Shown here: positions 63,301-64,000 of the stretch, piece by piece
Layout of the letters: each line of letters starts with the position of its first letter
Numbering within the stretch: the stretch's first letter is position 1
DNA from: Chiloscyllium plagiosum
Taxonomy: Eukaryota
NCBI RefSeq assembly: GCF_004010195.1
Contig: NC_057751.1
Location: forward strand, 11,741,901-11,805,900
Direction of reading: 5' to 3'
Length of the DNA stretch: 64,000 bases
Position numbers and translations under genes: made by a program
The notes under the pieces: model-generated
The model's database searches: none
The model's input: the letters and a program-made list of their open reading frames with translations, nothing else
What the model was told of the DNA's origin: nothing

Positions 63301-64000
63301 TCGTAACCATTTTTTTCTTTTCACATACCTAAAAAAGCCTTTACTGTCCTCCTTTATATTTTTTGGCCAGTTTACCTTCGTACCTTATTTTTTCTTTGCG
63401 TATTTCCTTTTTAGTCATCCTCTGTTGTTCTTTAAAAGCTTCCCAGTCCTCCGATTTCCCAGTCATCTTTGCTATGAATTGGACAGATGGGCAGAGAAAT
63501 GGCAGATGGAGTTTATTCTGGGCAAATGAGAGATGGTGCATTTTGGAAGATCCAATTCAAGACCGAACTATACAGTAAATGGAAAGGTCCTGGGGAAAAT
63601 TGATGTACACAGAGATTTGGTTGTTCAGGTCCATTGCTCCCTGAAGGTGGCAACGCAGGTCAGTAAAGTGGTCAAGAAGGCATATGACATGCTCTCCTTC
63701 ATTGTGGGGGGTATGAGTACAAGAGTTGGCTGGTCATGTTACAGTTGTATAGGATTTTGGGTCGGCCGCATTTGGAATACTGCGTACAGTTCTGGTCGCC
63801 ACATTACCAAAAGGATGTGAATGCTTTGGAGAGGGCGCAGAAGAGGTTCACCGGGATGTTGCCTTGTATGGAGGGTGCTAGCTATGAAGAGAGGTTGAAT
63901 AGATTAGGATTATTTTCATTAGAAAGACAGAGGTTGAGGGGGGACCTGATTGAGGTTTACAAAATCATGAGAGGTATTTATCAGGGTGGAGAGCAAGAAG
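60310..64000 (+). mobile_element. CR1 LINE ORF2 (+), split by a nested element; runs off the window
   Basis: WRIANVVRLFKKG..NYRPVSLTSVVGKLLE and SKYADDTKIG up to ~61558. Resumes at ~63477 with WAEKWQME. Confidence 0.88.
61559..63476 (-). mobile_element. Nested CR1 LINE (~1.9 kb, 5'-truncated)
   Basis: KSPGPDGLHPRVLKE, SGVPQGSVLGPQLF and SKFADDTKLGG. Same subfamily and tail (CTATTGT repeats) as 24222-25162. Confidence 0.9.

Noticed and set aside
57081..64000. Missing HtrA exons 6 onward (PDZ domain), suggesting truncation
   Set aside because: Exon 5 has a normal donor and introns here are several kb, so the remaining exons likely lie beyond the window.

Overview
Vertebrate genomic DNA, very probably from a shark (inferred from HE1/V-SINE-like, Deu-domain SINE, CR1 and Penelope repeats and the AT-rich introns). 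The + strand carries two host genes. First are the last two coding exons of PLEKHA2/TAPP2 (3250-3333 and 9738-10148, ending ...DDDGIRTTDV*). Second are exons 1-5 of an HtrA serine protease (44714-57080; signal peptide, IGFBP, Kazal and trypsin domains with an intact His/Asp/Ser triad), assigned to HTRA4 by synteny with PLEKHA2. That gene continues beyond the window. The rest is dense with decayed transposons: many nested CR1/L2 LINEs, SINEs, a Gypsy element with both LTRs and a TSD (36869-40862), a Tx1-like fragment, a Tigger-like MITE and a tRNA-Gly pseudogene. The most notable non-coding signal is a set of Penelope-like element termini from at least three families carrying minimal hammerhead ribozyme motifs (CTGANGA-stem-GAAA). 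These include a young inverted-repeat copy with two apparently intact ribozymes (18858-19503). There is also a 79-bp inverted templated insertion (22179-22257 copied to 24047-24125). Repeat boundaries are read by eye and approximate, and family names come from recalled consensus motifs, not a database search.
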